A stretch of DNA of 64,000 bases. Source: Thermostichales cyanobacterium HHBFW_bins_127 (GTDB lineage Bacteria > Cyanobacteriota > Cyanobacteriia > Thermostichales > Thermostichaceae). The translations under genes and the position numbers were made by a program. The notes beneath the pieces were generated by a model. The model searched no databases, was not told the DNA's origin, and saw only the letters and a program-made list of their open reading frames with translations. Below, one piece after another: positions 26,780 to 37,216 of this stretch (its first letter is position 1; each line of letters begins with the position of its first letter). The DNA lies in NCBI GenBank assembly GCA_039794745.1, contig JAUQVP010000001.1, positions 20,710 to 84,709 on the forward strand. Direction: 5' to 3'.

Positions 26780-27784
26780 ATGGGTATCACGAATTCGGCA
26801 TTGGCAACCTTGTGGGCCAAAAAGTACGTCAATACCCTCGGGCAAGCGGAGGATGCGACGGTGCACCTTTGCGAACGAATTCGGGGATCCCTACGCTTTG
26901 CCAGTTCCCAGGCTTGGGCGAAAACGGAGCAGTTGTTGGCTCCCCAGTTAGAAAAGCAGCGGTTGGATCCGGATTGGATTGACCCTTGGCAGATTGCCGA
27001 GGATTCCCGGCAACTGTTTAAGCGGGCAGCCGGCAGTTGTCAAACCCACATCAGCCCAGAAAAGTTCTCCACCGACATTGCCCGGGTCTGTGGGCAGATC
27101 CGCCAGCGCTACAGCAGCCGGGATCCCCGTTTGTTGGGGTTTATGAGCATGCAGTTTCATTACACGGGGCAGATCCTGTTGGAGTCCCTTTCGCCCCGGG
27201 AGCAGAGCTTGTTTTTGCCCTACCTGAAGGTGATGGATGATCACCTGTATATGCCTTTGCATCGCTGTTATCAGGCGGCGGCTGCCCTAGCCACGGAAGA
27301 CACCCCCCCACCCCTGCGGGCAATGCAAGAACTATTGCCTGCTGTCACCCCCATCGCCGAAACCATCTGTGCCGATGCCGCCCATGCCTTTCCCGGCTAC
27401 CACACCTTGGGGGGATCCCTGAGTCAGGTGATGGTGCGGGTTTCCAGTATTCGGGATGTGGAGATGTTTCAGATTTATTTGGGTTTGGCCGTGTTGGAGG
27501 GGAGTATTAGGGCGGTGCAGCAGGAATTATTCCCCTTGTGTGTGATGTTGTATCCGCCTTTGCGGGTCGGTTGGGATCTGGTGCGCTACCTCTTGGCGGC
27601 TCTAGAAAAACTGTTGCCCCTCTATCTCAGCAGCAGCAGCTATGCCCTCCTAGCCCCCTACCTGCAGCAGGTGCAGGGGATGTTTTCCACCGAAGTCTTT
27701 CCAGAGGCCGACTCGATTTGGAATCACCACCCGGATGTGCTGCGCTTTCTGGACATGGCTCAGCAGATCCAAAGCAGTCTCTAG
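26780..27784 (+). CDS. hypothetical protein
   Basis: 334-aa soluble ORF directly downstream of the hybrid kinase. No motif recognised. Confidence 0.4.
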   Translation: MGITNSALATLWAKKYVNTLGQAEDATVHLCERIRGSLRFASSQAWAKTEQLLAPQLEKQRLDPDWIDPWQIAEDSRQLFKRAAGSCQTHISPEKFSTDIARVCGQIRQRYSSRDPRLLGFMSMQFHYTGQILLESLSPREQSLFLPYLKVMDDHLYMPLHRCYQAAAALATEDTPPPLRAMQELLPAVTPIAETICADAAHAFPGYHTLGGSLSQVMVRVSSIRDVEMFQIYLGLAVLEGSIRAVQQELFPLCVMLYPPLRVGWDLVRYLLAALEKLLPLYLSSSSYALLAPYLQQVQGMFSTEVFPEADSIWNHHPDVLRFLDMAQQIQSSL

Positions 27785-29988
27785 GGAACCCGCACCATAA
27801 TCGTTGTCTGGGGTGGGATTGCTTCCTGAAATGTCCCCCGTTCGGCGGTGATCACCACCCATTGGGTTTCCTGCCCCGGCTGCACCCCCAAGTTCGCCCA
27901 CGGCAACGACAACTCCAAACAAGAATCCACCGCCGCCACCACCTGATGCGGCACCTCTTGCCAGCGAAAATCCGCCTGTGCCTCAATCAACGTCACCTTC
28001 GGGATCCCGATCCCCAGGGTGCCCTTGAGGGTAATCCACAGACCATGGTGATAGAGGTAGTTCAGAGGGGCCTGTTCCGGGATCCCGGCGACGGGGATGG
28101 GACTATTGTGGCCGATGCGGTTGGGGTAGAACCAGAAAATACCGATTTGCTCAGGGCGTTGCAGAATCGAGCTAAAGTCTAGGCGCAGGTAGAGATGAAA
28201 ATGGTCATAGCCATACCAGAGGCGGCGGACACTGCTGGTGCGATGCATACTGCCCCGTCCTGCCACCTCAATGCGCCCGGCATGGCTCCACTCCCGTTCA
28301 TTGATGCGCCCATTGATAGTGGGATGAATAAACCCCTGGGGCAAGTGATCCCCGAGGCCATCGTGCTCCTCTAGGGGTTGCAGCAGCACCGCCGGGATTG
28401 CTTCCCCCAAAGACAGATAAATCGCCTGCAAGTGCTCCCGAAACAGTTGGTCAAACACCGCATCGTGGGCGGAAGAATGTCCCTCCCCGAACCACCAAAA
28501 CCAATCCGACCCTTCCGCCGCCCACAAAGATTCCCAACTGGTTTCCGAAGCCCGGGGATGGTTGTCTAGCACTTGCCGCGCCTGGGCTAGCAGTTCCCAG
28601 GCGCGATTCTTCACCGGATCCCCGATCCAGGTGGTGTAGTTCGCTTCAATCCAAGAACCACTGTGGAGTTGCTCCACCGGGATACAGGCAGTGGGGGGAA
28701 AATGCTGCAAAAACTCCGAGACCGTCACCAATTTCAGGGCTGGATGTTGGCTAAGGCGGGTGTAGAGATTTTCCAAAAAACAGCGCCCATCCTGGGGATA
28801 GTATTCCCAGCAATTTTCCCCATCCAAAGCAACCGTCACCAACCAGGGTTGATCCTGGGGCAAGCGGTTGCGGATCCCTTCCAAATGGGCAATCAAATCC
28901 TTAGCCGCCGTATTGGCATCCATCGTGCTGTAGGTAAAGCCAATCAAATCCGACAGCCGGTGATCCCGAAACACAATACTGAGATCCCCCCTAGGGCACT
29001 CCAGGCGATAGGGGCGATAGAGCAACTCCGGTTCCCGGACACTGCCATCTTCATTGCGGGTAAAGGGTTGCCCCAACGTCCAGCCCAGCACCCCCTCATC
29101 GGAAATAATCCACTGAAACCCCTGCTCCACAATGTGAGGAATCACCGCCGGACTCACCGATTGTTCCGAGGGCCACAGCCCCTTGGGATCCTGGTGAAAG
29201 CGATGGCGATAAAAAGCCTTAGCCTTACTCAAATGAGCTGTGACATCCTGCTCCCAATGGAAGCCATAGCGGGGCAAAGGCAGTCCCGGACACGCCACCC
29301 GTGCCGCCCGCTCACTGATCAGCAGCGGCAAAATCGGATGGGTATAGGGGGTGGTGGTGATCTCCAACTGTCCCTGCTGTTGCATGCGGTTATGCTGAGG
29401 GATAATCGCTGCCAAAATATGTTGTTGTTTAGCATAAATGCGCTGGCGATCCCCCAAAGTAAACCCCTGTTGTTGCTCCAGCCAGGCACTGATTTCCGGA
29501 TCATCATGGAACAGGGGATCAAACCAGGCCAAATTGTGCCAAGCCAACAGATCACTAAAATCCTGGCGCGACCAGTATTGCACACACCAATTGCGGCCCC
29601 GTTGTTCCCGCTGTTCAAACAATTGTCGGTAGCGACGATAGGGCGCCACCATTGTCGGATAGTGCCCATCAAAGAACCGATCCACAATAAACCCCAACTG
29701 CTCCGGGGTTAGATTTTCCACCGGACTGAGCAGCAATTCCAAATAGGGATCATAGGCCGTCCCTGCCACATAATCTTCAATTTGCAGCAGCAATGACGGC
29801 ACCAGATTCACCGTCTGATGCAGCTTAGGATAGCGCTCTAACAACAGCACCATATCCAAATAATCTTTAATGCCGTGGAGCCGCACCCAAGGCATGTGGT
29901 AGCGCCCCTGGGCCCCACTGGCCAAAGGACTGCGATACAGAGGCTGATGCTGATGCCAGACAAAAGCTACATAGAGGGGATGAGTCAC
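27781..29988 (-). CDS. glycoside hydrolase family 57 protein (alpha-glucan-active enzyme)
   Basis: 735 aa. N-terminal VAFVWHQHQPLYR...HMPWVRLHGIKDY is the GH57 signature region (WHxHQP...H..Y). The length matches the cyanobacterial GH57 group. Confidence 0.7.
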   Translation of the reverse strand: MTHPLYVAFVWHQHQPLYRSPLASGAQGRYHMPWVRLHGIKDYLDMVLLLERYPKLHQTVNLVPSLLLQIEDYVAGTAYDPYLELLLSPVENLTPEQLGFIVDRFFDGHYPTMVAPYRRYRQLFEQREQRGRNWCVQYWSRQDFSDLLAWHNLAWFDPLFHDDPEISAWLEQQQGFTLGDRQRIYAKQQHILAAIIPQHNRMQQQGQLEITTTPYTHPILPLLISERAARVACPGLPLPRYGFHWEQDVTAHLSKAKAFYRHRFHQDPKGLWPSEQSVSPAVIPHIVEQGFQWIISDEGVLGWTLGQPFTRNEDGSVREPELLYRPYRLECPRGDLSIVFRDHRLSDLIGFTYSTMDANTAAKDLIAHLEGIRNRLPQDQPWLVTVALDGENCWEYYPQDGRCFLENLYTRLSQHPALKLVTVSEFLQHFPPTACIPVEQLHSGSWIEANYTTWIGDPVKNRAWELLAQARQVLDNHPRASETSWESLWAAEGSDWFWWFGEGHSSAHDAVFDQLFREHLQAIYLSLGEAIPAVLLQPLEEHDGLGDHLPQGFIHPTINGRINEREWSHAGRIEVAGRGSMHRTSSVRRLWYGYDHFHLYLRLDFSSILQRPEQIGIFWFYPNRIGHNSPIPVAGIPEQAPLNYLYHHGLWITLKGTLGIGIPKVTLIEAQADFRWQEVPHQVVAAVDSCLELSLPWANLGVQPGQETQWVVITAERGTFQEAIPPQTTIMVRVP

Positions 29989-30066
29989 CTGGGCACCCCT
30001 TAAACCTCACTGTCAGGAGTCTAGCCCAGATCCCCCGGGGATGATCCTGTAACCATTGTGAATGTC

Positions 30067-30822
30067 CTAGAGCATTTTTTCCAAAAACTGTTTAGCTCGC
30101 TCGGATTTTGGCTGGCGAAAAAACTCTGCCGGCGCCGCATCTTCAGCAATTTGCCCCTGATCAAAAAAACAAATCCGATCCGCCACCTCCCGAGCAAATC
30201 CCATCTCATGGGTGACCACAATCATCGTCATCCCCGTATGGGCCAAAGCTTTCATCACATCCAAAACCTCCCGCACCATCTCCGGATCCAAAGCGGAAGT
30301 CGGCTCGTCAAACAGCATCACCTCCGGCTCCATAGCCAAAGAGCGAGCAATCGCCACCCGCTGCTTTTGCCCCCCCGACAACCGGGAGGGATAGGTGCCT
30401 GCCTTGTCCGCCAACCCCACCCGCGCCAACAATTCCTCCGCCTTGGCCACCGCCTGCCCCTTCGGGATCCCTTTGACCTTCATGGGGGCATAGGTGAGGT
30501 TTTCCAGCACCGTCATATGGGGAAAAAGATGAAAATGCTGAAACACCATCCCCAGCTTTTGGCGCACCTTCATCACATCCGTTTGGGGGTGGGTCATTTG
30601 CGTATTGCCGATCCAGATTTCCCCTTGGGTTGGTTTCTCCAGCAGATTCAAACAGCGCAAAAAAGTGGACTTACCACAGCCTGATGGCCCAATCACGGCG
30701 ACCACCGACCCCTGTTCAATGCGAGTGGTAATCCCCCTCAGGACGTGCAGATTTCCGAAGGACTTGTGAAGATTATTGACCTCAATCACTGCGCCGTAGT
30801 CTCCTTTCGTAGGTGCTGGCAA
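30067..30822 (-). CDS. amino acid ABC transporter ATP-binding protein (GlnQ/HisP type)
   Basis: 251 aa. Walker [10 protein letters not shown], signature [16 protein letters not shown], Walker [17 protein letters not shown] and H-loop [11 protein letters not shown]. The polar-amino-acid uptake family. Confidence 0.85.
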   Translation of the reverse strand: MPAPTKGDYGAVIEVNNLHKSFGNLHVLRGITTRIEQGSVVAVIGPSGCGKSTFLRCLNLLEKPTQGEIWIGNTQMTHPQTDVMKVRQKLGMVFQHFHLFPHMTVLENLTYAPMKVKGIPKGQAVAKAEELLARVGLADKAGTYPSRLSGGQKQRVAIARSLAMEPEVMLFDEPTSALDPEMVREVLDVMKALAHTGMTMIVVTHEMGFAREVADRICFFDQGQIAEDAAPAEFFRQPKSERAKQFLEKML

Positions 30823-31450
30823 TCAAAGTCATGGTCATAATCATGACATAGTAAATGAAAGCTGCAATCAAATAGGGCTGAAAGAAAACAAACTTTTCCT
30901 TGGCCACCACATCCGCCCGCCGCAACACCTCCAGCACCCCAATCACCGACACCTGGGCAGTATCTTTGAGGACGTTAATCGTTTCATTCAACAGGGCCGG
31001 CAAGATATTTTTCAGAGCTTGGGGGGCAATAATATCGATCATCATCGCCCCATAAGGGATCCCGAGAGACATGGCTGCGTCCCGTTGGCCTTTGTCAACG
31101 GCTAGGATGCCACCGCGAATGGTTTCTGAGACATAGGCTCCGGAATTGAGGCTAAACACCAGCACCCCGGCGGTGAGAGCATCGATGGGGCGCAAGCCGA
31201 GCATATCCGTCAGCCCCGGCGAGGCATAGTACACCAAGCTGATCTGCACAATCAAAGGTGTCCCCCGGAAAATCGAGGTGTAGACATCCGCTAGCAGACC
31301 TAGGGGGCGGATGGCAGAGATTTTCAGCAGCGCCAGCAGCGTCCCCCAAATAAATCCGAACAACACCGACAACACCGTAAACTGAAGGGTGGCCGGGATC
31401 CCTTGGATGATGAAGGGGATGCGGTCGGCGATGGGGGCAAAAAAGTCCAC
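30782..31450 (-). CDS. amino acid ABC transporter permease (HisM/GlnP family)
   Basis: 222 aa with 5 TM segments. Conserved EAA-like loop ([16 protein letters not shown]). Overlaps the ATPase gene by 41 nt. Confidence 0.8.
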   Translation of the reverse strand: MDFFAPIADRIPFIIQGIPATLQFTVLSVLFGFIWGTLLALLKISAIRPLGLLADVYTSIFRGTPLIVQISLVYYASPGLTDMLGLRPIDALTAGVLVFSLNSGAYVSETIRGGILAVDKGQRDAAMSLGIPYGAMMIDIIAPQALKNILPALLNETINVLKDTAQVSVIGVLEVLRRADVVAKEKFVFFQPYLIAAFIYYVMIMTMTLIASTYERRLRRSD

Positions 31451-31591
31451 AGGTGTGTTCCCTCAGGGAATGTTTGTAGTGTAGGGGATGCAGGGGGTGA
31501 AATTGGTAGTTTTTATGGCTGCAGGGGGGCAGGATTTGTGGGGATGGGGCTGGATGCGCTACCCTACTAAGGGCGTTGGCGGACGTGGAGC

Positions 31592-32410
31592 ATGAGCTAT
31601 TCCTTCAATCGTCGTCTGACTTGGCAGTCCCAGACGCTGTTGGCGGCGGCGGTGGCTTTGGTGTTGCTGCTGTTGAATTCGGTGGTGATTCTTAATCCCG
31701 GGCAGGCAGGGGTGTTGAGCATTTTGGGGAAAGCTCAGGATCAGCCCCTGTTGGAGGGGGTGCATTTTAAGCCGCCGTTTATTTCCCAGGTGGATATTTA
31801 CGATGTGACGGTGCAGAAATTTGAGGTGCCGGCCCAAAGTTCCACCAAGGATTTGCAGCAGCTTTCTGCCAGTTTTGCCATCAACTTTCGCCTCGATCCT
31901 CTGGCGGTGGTGACCATTCGCCGTACCCAAGGGAGTTTGCAGAACATTGTCTCCAAGATCATTGCTCCCCAGACCCAAGAATCTTTTAAGATTGCTGCGG
32001 CGCGGCGCACGGTGGAAGAGGCGATTACCAAGCGGGACGAACTGAAGCGGGATTTTGATGAGGCCCTTGGGGAACGTTTGGCGAAGTATGGGATTTTGGT
32101 TTTGGATACCAGTGTGGTGGATCTGAATTTTTCTGAGGAGTTTTCTAAGGCGGTGGAGGAAAAGCAGATTGCTGAGCAACGGGCCCAGCGGGCGGTGTAT
32201 GTGGCTCGGGAGGCGGAACAGGAAGCGGAAGCAACCATTAATCGGGCCCGGGGACAGGCGGAAGCCCAGCGCCTATTGCGGGAAACCTTGACGGCGGAGC
32301 TGTTACAAAAGCAGGCGATTGACAAATGGGACGGCCATTTTCCCCAGGTGCTTGGGGGAAATGGAGCAATTCCGTTCTTGAATCTGGACTTGAACACAGC
32401 TAAAAAGTAG
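31592..32410 (+). CDS. SPFH/band-7 (prohibitin-like) membrane protein
   Basis: 272 aa. N-terminal TM anchor, then an SPFH core (PGQAGVLSILGKAQDQPLLEGVHFKPPFISQVDIYDVTVQ) and a C-terminal Ala/Glu/Arg coiled coil, as in prohibitins. Confidence 0.75.
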   Translation: MSYSFNRRLTWQSQTLLAAAVALVLLLLNSVVILNPGQAGVLSILGKAQDQPLLEGVHFKPPFISQVDIYDVTVQKFEVPAQSSTKDLQQLSASFAINFRLDPLAVVTIRRTQGSLQNIVSKIIAPQTQESFKIAAARRTVEEAITKRDELKRDFDEALGERLAKYGILVLDTSVVDLNFSEEFSKAVEEKQIAEQRAQRAVYVAREAEQEAEATINRARGQAEAQRLLRETLTAELLQKQAIDKWDGHFPQVLGGNGAIPFLNLDLNTAKK

Positions 32411-32472
32411 CAACTTTTTCTCTCTACACCCAGCTATACCCAACCAACACACTCAACTAACACCCTAGTGTA

Positions 32473-32501
32473 TTGACATTGTCCACACAAGCAGCTATGT
32501 T
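32473..32501 (+). promoter_or_regulatory. sigma-70-like promoter for the toxin-antitoxin pair: TTGACA-17 bp-TATGTT
   Basis: -35 TTGACA at 32473-32478, a 17-nt spacer and -10 TATGTT at 32496-32501. An SD GGGGAG at 32515-32520 precedes the antitoxin ATG at 32528. Confidence 0.45.
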
Positions 32502-32512
32502 ATTTGTATTAA

Positions 32513-32824
32513 GTGGGGAGAGTTACCATGTATGTCCCAGATGCTCCTAATTCTGATCACCAACCTCGTGATCTCGTTATCAATATTCGAACTAAGGCAT
32601 CCCAGCGGGCTCTGATTGACCAAGCAGCCAAGGTGCTGGGGAAAAGCCGCTCGGAGTTTATGCTCGAGCAAAGTTTGCAGAAGGCCCAGGATGTCCTTCT
32701 AGATCAGTGCTTTTGGGGTCTCAGTGCGTGTGAGTTTGCTCGATTTATGGAGGCACTTGACGCACCGCCTAGTCATAACCAACGCTTGTCCGAGTTGCTC
32801 CAGACTAAAGCTCCGTGGGATTAG
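32513..32824 (+). CDS. type II antitoxin, DUF1778 family (TacA/KacA/AtaR-like, RHH-type)
   Basis: About 98 aa (ATG 32528; GTG 32513 also open). DINIRTKASQRALIDQAAKVLGKSRSEFMLEQSLQKA is the typical DUF1778 ribbon-helix-helix segment. It overlaps the downstream GNAT toxin gene by 10 nt. Confidence 0.6.
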   Translation: MGRVTMYVPDAPNSDHQPRDLVINIRTKASQRALIDQAAKVLGKSRSEFMLEQSLQKAQDVLLDQCFWGLSACEFARFMEALDAPPSHNQRLSELLQTKAPWD

Positions 32825-33333
32825 ATTGCAGTCAGATTCGCCCGCCGGAAAAACTCAGTTCCTGCCACCGAACCGAGGATTTTTGTTCGGGTAATGTCAT
32901 GCTGGATGAGTGGCTGAGGCGACGTGCTCCCAAAAATGAGGCTGAGGGGGCCTCCCGTACTTACGTGGTATGTGTCGGTAATCATGTGATTGCCTACTAT
33001 TGCCTTGCCGCCGGGGCGATTGCCCAGGGGATTGCTACGGGGAAAGTTCGACGCAATATGCCTGATCCGATCCCTGTCATGGTGATTGGACGGCTGGCTG
33101 TGGATAGCCGCTGGCAGCGGCAGGGGATTGGGCGTGGGCTTGTGCGGGATGCCGTTCTCCGCACTCTCCAAGCTGCTGAGATTGCTGGGATTCGGGCTAT
33201 CTTAGTCCATGCCATAAACGCAAAAGTTTTTTATCAAAGCTGTGGTTTCATGCCCTCTCCCCTTGACCCAATGACGCTCATGATCACGGTGAAGGATGCC
33301 CGGGTCGCCCTCGGTCTATCAGCCTCATCTTGA
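32815..33333 (+). CDS. GNAT-family acetyltransferase toxin (TacT/KacT/AtaT-like)
   Basis: 172 aa. EDFCSGNVMLDEWLRRRA matches the F(D/x)CG...LD.WL motif of TacT-type toxins. GNAT acetyl-CoA loop RWQRQGIGRGLV. Genetically coupled to the DUF1778 gene upstream. Confidence 0.65.
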   Translation: MGLDCSQIRPPEKLSSCHRTEDFCSGNVMLDEWLRRRAPKNEAEGASRTYVVCVGNHVIAYYCLAAGAIAQGIATGKVRRNMPDPIPVMVIGRLAVDSRWQRQGIGRGLVRDAVLRTLQAAEIAGIRAILVHAINAKVFYQSCGFMPSPLDPMTLMITVKDARVALGLSASS

Positions 33334-33414
33334 ACGGGATCCCTGGTCTGGGGGTTGTGCCCATCACTGCATTGTTTGGGAATTATGCTAGCCTGATGCC
33401 GATGTGCAGCCCAA

Positions 33415-36400
33415 TTGCTTATGGCCGAACTTGCCACTGTCTGTCCGGGCTGTCAGCGCCGCTATCGGATTGAGGTGGAGCAGGTTGGCAAACGTCATCG
33501 CTGTAAACACTGTGGGCAGGAGTTCGTTGCCACCCCTACCCCAGGTAACCAACCCCTCTCCCTCCAAGCCCTCTCCCTAGCCCCAAGTACCTCCCTGTCC
33601 GGTAGTCACAAAATCCTCAGCCCCTCCCACTCCTCTTTAGGCACGGGATCCCTGACGGCATCGATTGCCACTCGCATGAGCCGGGTGATGGAGGAATCGG
33701 CAATCCCCAGCGAATGGCAGGTGGGGGACCGCTTTTTGGATCTCTATGAGGTGGTGGGGATCTTGGGATCGGGGGCGATGGGGCGGGTCTATCGGGTGCG
33801 GCACCTGGGCTGGAACCTGGATTTGGCGGTGAAAAGCCCCCGGCAAGAAGTGCTGAACCGCTCGGGAGCCGATAACTTTGAACGGGAAGCGGAGGTGTGG
33901 GTGAATTTGGGCCTGCACCCCCACACGGTCACTTGCTACTACGTGCGCCGCCTAGGCGGGATCCCGAGGGTATTTGCGGAGTTTGTGCAGGGGGGGAGTT
34001 TGCAGCAGTGGATTCGGGAGGGAAAGCTGACCCAACTGGATCGGATTGTGGATGTGGGGATTCAGTTTGCTTGGGGGCTGGACTATGCCCACGAACAGGG
34101 GTTGGTGCACCAGGACATTAAGCCGGAAAATGTCATGCTCACCCCCAATGGGGTTGCTAAGGTGACGGACTTTGGGCTGGCTCGGGCTAGCAGTGGCGGG
34201 GATGTGGGCATCAGCCTAGATACGGAAGATCTCACCAATCCTGACCTGGGGACGTTGAGTGCCACTTTGGGGGGGATGACGCCGGCCTACTGTTCGCCGG
34301 AGCAATGGCGGGGGGCAATGCTGGCCCGGGCAGGGGTACCCAAGGAAGATCGCCCCAAGATGACCCGCAAAACCGATATGTGGTCCTGGGCAGTGTCGAT
34401 GCTGGAAATCTTCACCGGCAAGGTGATCTGGCAGGGGGGAGAAAATGCCGACCAAGCCCTCGAGACCTACCGGCAACACCCCACGGGCCTACCCATCCCA
34501 GAGTCAATTTTCCAGATTTTGCACGCCTGCTTGCAACGGGATCCCCAGGATCGCCCTAGGGATATGGGGGTGGTGGCGGAGCAGTTACAAGGGATTTATG
34601 AGCACCTGACCGGACAGCCCTATCCCCGGCGCCGGCCACGGTCGGATCGGGCCCTGGCCGATAGCCTCAATAATCGGGCGGTGTCTTTGGTGGATTTGGG
34701 CAAAAGTCAGGAGGCCATCAAGCTTTGGGACAAAGCCCTGCAGGCGGATCCCCAACATTTGGAATCCCTCTATAATCGGGGGCTAATTCAATGGCGGCAG
34801 GGGCAGATCAGCGATGAATTGTTGGTAGAGTCCCTGCGACAAAAAGCTCAGGATTTTCGCGATTGGTTGCCCACCTATCTGGTCAGCCAGGTGCACTTGG
34901 AACGGCGCTGCCCCCAGGCGATTGCTCCCCTCTGGTTGGATGTCACTGCCGAGCCCAATCAAGCTGCTATTGCTGAAGAGCTGCAACAACTAGCGGAGCG
35001 CAGCCAAACGGGAGCCTACCAAGTGCTGGCCAGCTTCCCTGCCCACGACCAGCCAGTGCTGGCGGTGGACCTCTCCACCACCCATATCCTCAGTGGCGGC
35101 CAAGATGGGCTGGTGAAACTCTGGACCCTGTCGGGATCCCTGCTCCACAGCTTTAAGGGGCATGGGGATATGGTGACGGCGGTGTGTTTGCGCCCGGATG
35201 GCAAGGTGGGCTATTCCGGCGGCCGGGATGGGCAGATTCGGGTGTGGGACTTGGTGAAGGGCAAGTTGGTGCGGGTGATCCCAGCCCATCGCAACAGCAT
35301 TCACTCCTTGCAGTGGCACCCCCAATTTCTCCTGAGCGGCAGCTACGACAATACCCTCAAACTTTGGGATCCGGAGACGGGGCAGGAGCAGTTGCGGCTG
35401 GAGGGGCATTGTTGGACGGCGGTGCGGGCCAGTGAGGATGGGCGTTATCTCTATGGGGCGGGCTATCGGCGGCTGCGGAGTTGGGATCGGGGGACTCGGG
35501 AGGTGCTGACCAGCGTGGAGTTGGGGCAGACGGTCTATCAGATCTGTTTGGATCAGGGGGCTGAGTATGGGTTGTTGGTGGGTGGGCACCCCAGCATTAA
35601 TCCGGAGCTAGGGCAGGATTTGGAGGTGTGGCATTTGCTCAAGGGCAAGCGGGTGCGCCGCCTGCGAGGGCATGGGGCGGGGGTTACCTCGGCCTGGTTG
35701 AGTCCGGATCACCAGCGGGCTGTTTCCGCCGGTCGGGATCAGCGGCTGAAAATCTGGGAGGTGGGGACGGGGCGCTGTCTGTGTACCCTGGCGATCCCGA
35801 GCTCGGCCTATGCCTTGGCGTGCCAGGCGGATCGGGTGGCTTTGGGGCTGGAATCGGGAGCGGTGATGGTGTGGCAATTGGCAGATGAGGCGGTTTGGCT
35901 GGCCCCGATGATGCTGTCCCGGGTTCAGGATAGCCAAGCGGTGGTGGAGCGGGAGGCTGCCTACGACCAGGCTATCGCTAAGGCCCGTGAGGGTTTGGCG
36001 GCGGGTGCGGTTTTGCTGGCAGCAGAACACATTGCCATGGCTCGCTCCCTGGTAGGGTGCCGCCGCCGGGCCGAAGCCATGGAGCTTTGGCAGTCCCTCT
36101 ACCGTCGCCTGCCCCGGGAACGACTCCAGGATGCCTGGCTCAGCCATAGCCTCCCCCTCCCGGCCGTCCCCACAGCTCTAGCCCATACCCCCACCCAGGT
36201 CTGGATCGGCGACGAAAATGGACAGATCCACGCTTGGGATCCCCAATCTCCCCAGCCCAGCCGCAGCTTGCAAGGACACACCGGCCCAATCACCACCCTG
36301 GCTTGGGATGGGCAGCTCCTGGTTTCCGGCAGCGAAGATACCACCCTCAAGCTCTGGGATCCCCAGACGGGGCAGTGTTTGCATACGTTAGTCGGGCATT

Positions 36401-37149
36401 CGGCCTATATTACGGCCTGTGGGGTGAGCCGGGAGGCGGTGTTTTCGGCCAGTTATCATGATCAGACTTTGCGCCGGTGGCAGCGCCGCAGCGGTCGCTT
36501 GGAGCATATTTATACGGATCGGGTGGGGGTTACGGATCTGGGTTTGAGTTTGGATCAGCAGACCTTGGTGATTGGCGGCTATGAACTGATTGAGGTTTGG
36601 GATGTGGCCGGTGGGGAGCGGCGGCTGAGCTTGCCTGGGGTGCAGGATATGATTCGCAGCGTGGCTCTCAGCAGTGATGGTCGCTATGTGGTGGCAGGGG
36701 GTTACGATGCCAATGTTACCCTTTGGGATTTGCAGCAGCAAAGCTGTGTTTTGACCTTGACGGGGCACAGGGACTGGGTTACCCGGGTTGCCATTAGTTT
36801 GGACGGACGTTTTGCTTTTTCCGCCAGTCGGGATCGCACGGCACGGCTTTGGGACCTGAAGAGCGGTGAGTGTTTGCAGGTGTTTGCCGGGCACCAGGGG
36901 GCGCTGATGGGTCTGGCCTTGGCTCCGGATCTGCGCTGGCTGATCACCGCTGCCCAGGATCGCAGCGTCCGCTGCTGGCTGCTGGACTGGGAATTGACCA
37001 CCCCACCCCCAAGCTGGGACATTTCCCCCTATCTGCGGGCTTGGGGACAGGATCCCGACATCTTGGGACAAGGTTTGAGCTGGGCCGGCTACGGCTGGCT
37101 GACCCCAGAACAAATTGAGCAGGAGCGGCAGCGCTTCTTCAGCCGCTAA
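33415..37149 (+). CDS. multidomain Ser/Thr protein kinase: N-terminal C4 zinc ribbon, Hanks-type kinase domain, TPR-like region, >=10 WD40 repeats
   Basis: 1244 aa. Zinc ribbon CPGCQRRY...CKHCGQEF. Kinase motifs GSGAMGRVY...AVK, HQDIKPEN and DFGLAR. WD40 repeats recur (GHGDMVTAVCL...VWDL, LKLWDP, VRCWLL). TPR-like WDKALQADPQHLESLYNRG. Confidence 0.8.
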   Translation: MLMAELATVCPGCQRRYRIEVEQVGKRHRCKHCGQEFVATPTPGNQPLSLQALSLAPSTSLSGSHKILSPSHSSLGTGSLTASIATRMSRVMEESAIPSEWQVGDRFLDLYEVVGILGSGAMGRVYRVRHLGWNLDLAVKSPRQEVLNRSGADNFEREAEVWVNLGLHPHTVTCYYVRRLGGIPRVFAEFVQGGSLQQWIREGKLTQLDRIVDVGIQFAWGLDYAHEQGLVHQDIKPENVMLTPNGVAKVTDFGLARASSGGDVGISLDTEDLTNPDLGTLSATLGGMTPAYCSPEQWRGAMLARAGVPKEDRPKMTRKTDMWSWAVSMLEIFTGKVIWQGGENADQALETYRQHPTGLPIPESIFQILHACLQRDPQDRPRDMGVVAEQLQGIYEHLTGQPYPRRRPRSDRALADSLNNRAVSLVDLGKSQEAIKLWDKALQADPQHLESLYNRGLIQWRQGQISDELLVESLRQKAQDFRDWLPTYLVSQVHLERRCPQAIAPLWLDVTAEPNQAAIAEELQQLAERSQTGAYQVLASFPAHDQPVLAVDLSTTHILSGGQDGLVKLWTLSGSLLHSFKGHGDMVTAVCLRPDGKVGYSGGRDGQIRVWDLVKGKLVRVIPAHRNSIHSLQWHPQFLLSGSYDNTLKLWDPETGQEQLRLEGHCWTAVRASEDGRYLYGAGYRRLRSWDRGTREVLTSVELGQTVYQICLDQGAEYGLLVGGHPSINPELGQDLEVWHLLKGKRVRRLRGHGAGVTSAWLSPDHQRAVSAGRDQRLKIWEVGTGRCLCTLAIPSSAYALACQADRVALGLESGAVMVWQLADEAVWLAPMMLSRVQDSQAVVEREAAYDQAIAKAREGLAAGAVLLAAEHIAMARSLVGCRRRAEAMELWQSLYRRLPRERLQDAWLSHSLPLPAVPTALAHTPTQVWIGDENGQIHAWDPQSPQPSRSLQGHTGPITTLAWDGQLLVSGSEDTTLKLWDPQTGQCLHTLVGHSAYITACGVSREAVFSASYHDQTLRRWQRRSGRLEHIYTDRVGVTDLGLSLDQQTLVIGGYELIEVWDVAGGERRLSLPGVQDMIRSVALSSDGRYVVAGGYDANVTLWDLQQQSCVLTLTGHRDWVTRVAISLDGRFAFSASRDRTARLWDLKSGECLQVFAGHQGALMGLALAPDLRWLITAAQDRSVRCWLLDWELTTPPPSWDISPYLRAWGQDPDILGQGLSWAGYGWLTPEQIEQERQRFFSR

Positions 37150-37216
37150 CGGATGCCAAAAACAGAAGTGGTTGATACCATTTCCAAAGCTAGGTGATAG
37201 CCATTGAGGATCACTC

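Noticed and set aside
28663-29712. 349-aa plus-strand ORF antisense to the GH57 gene
   Set aside because: It lies entirely within a gene carrying strong GH57 motifs. Its Gly/Pro/Arg/Gln composition is typical of antisense GC-rich frames.
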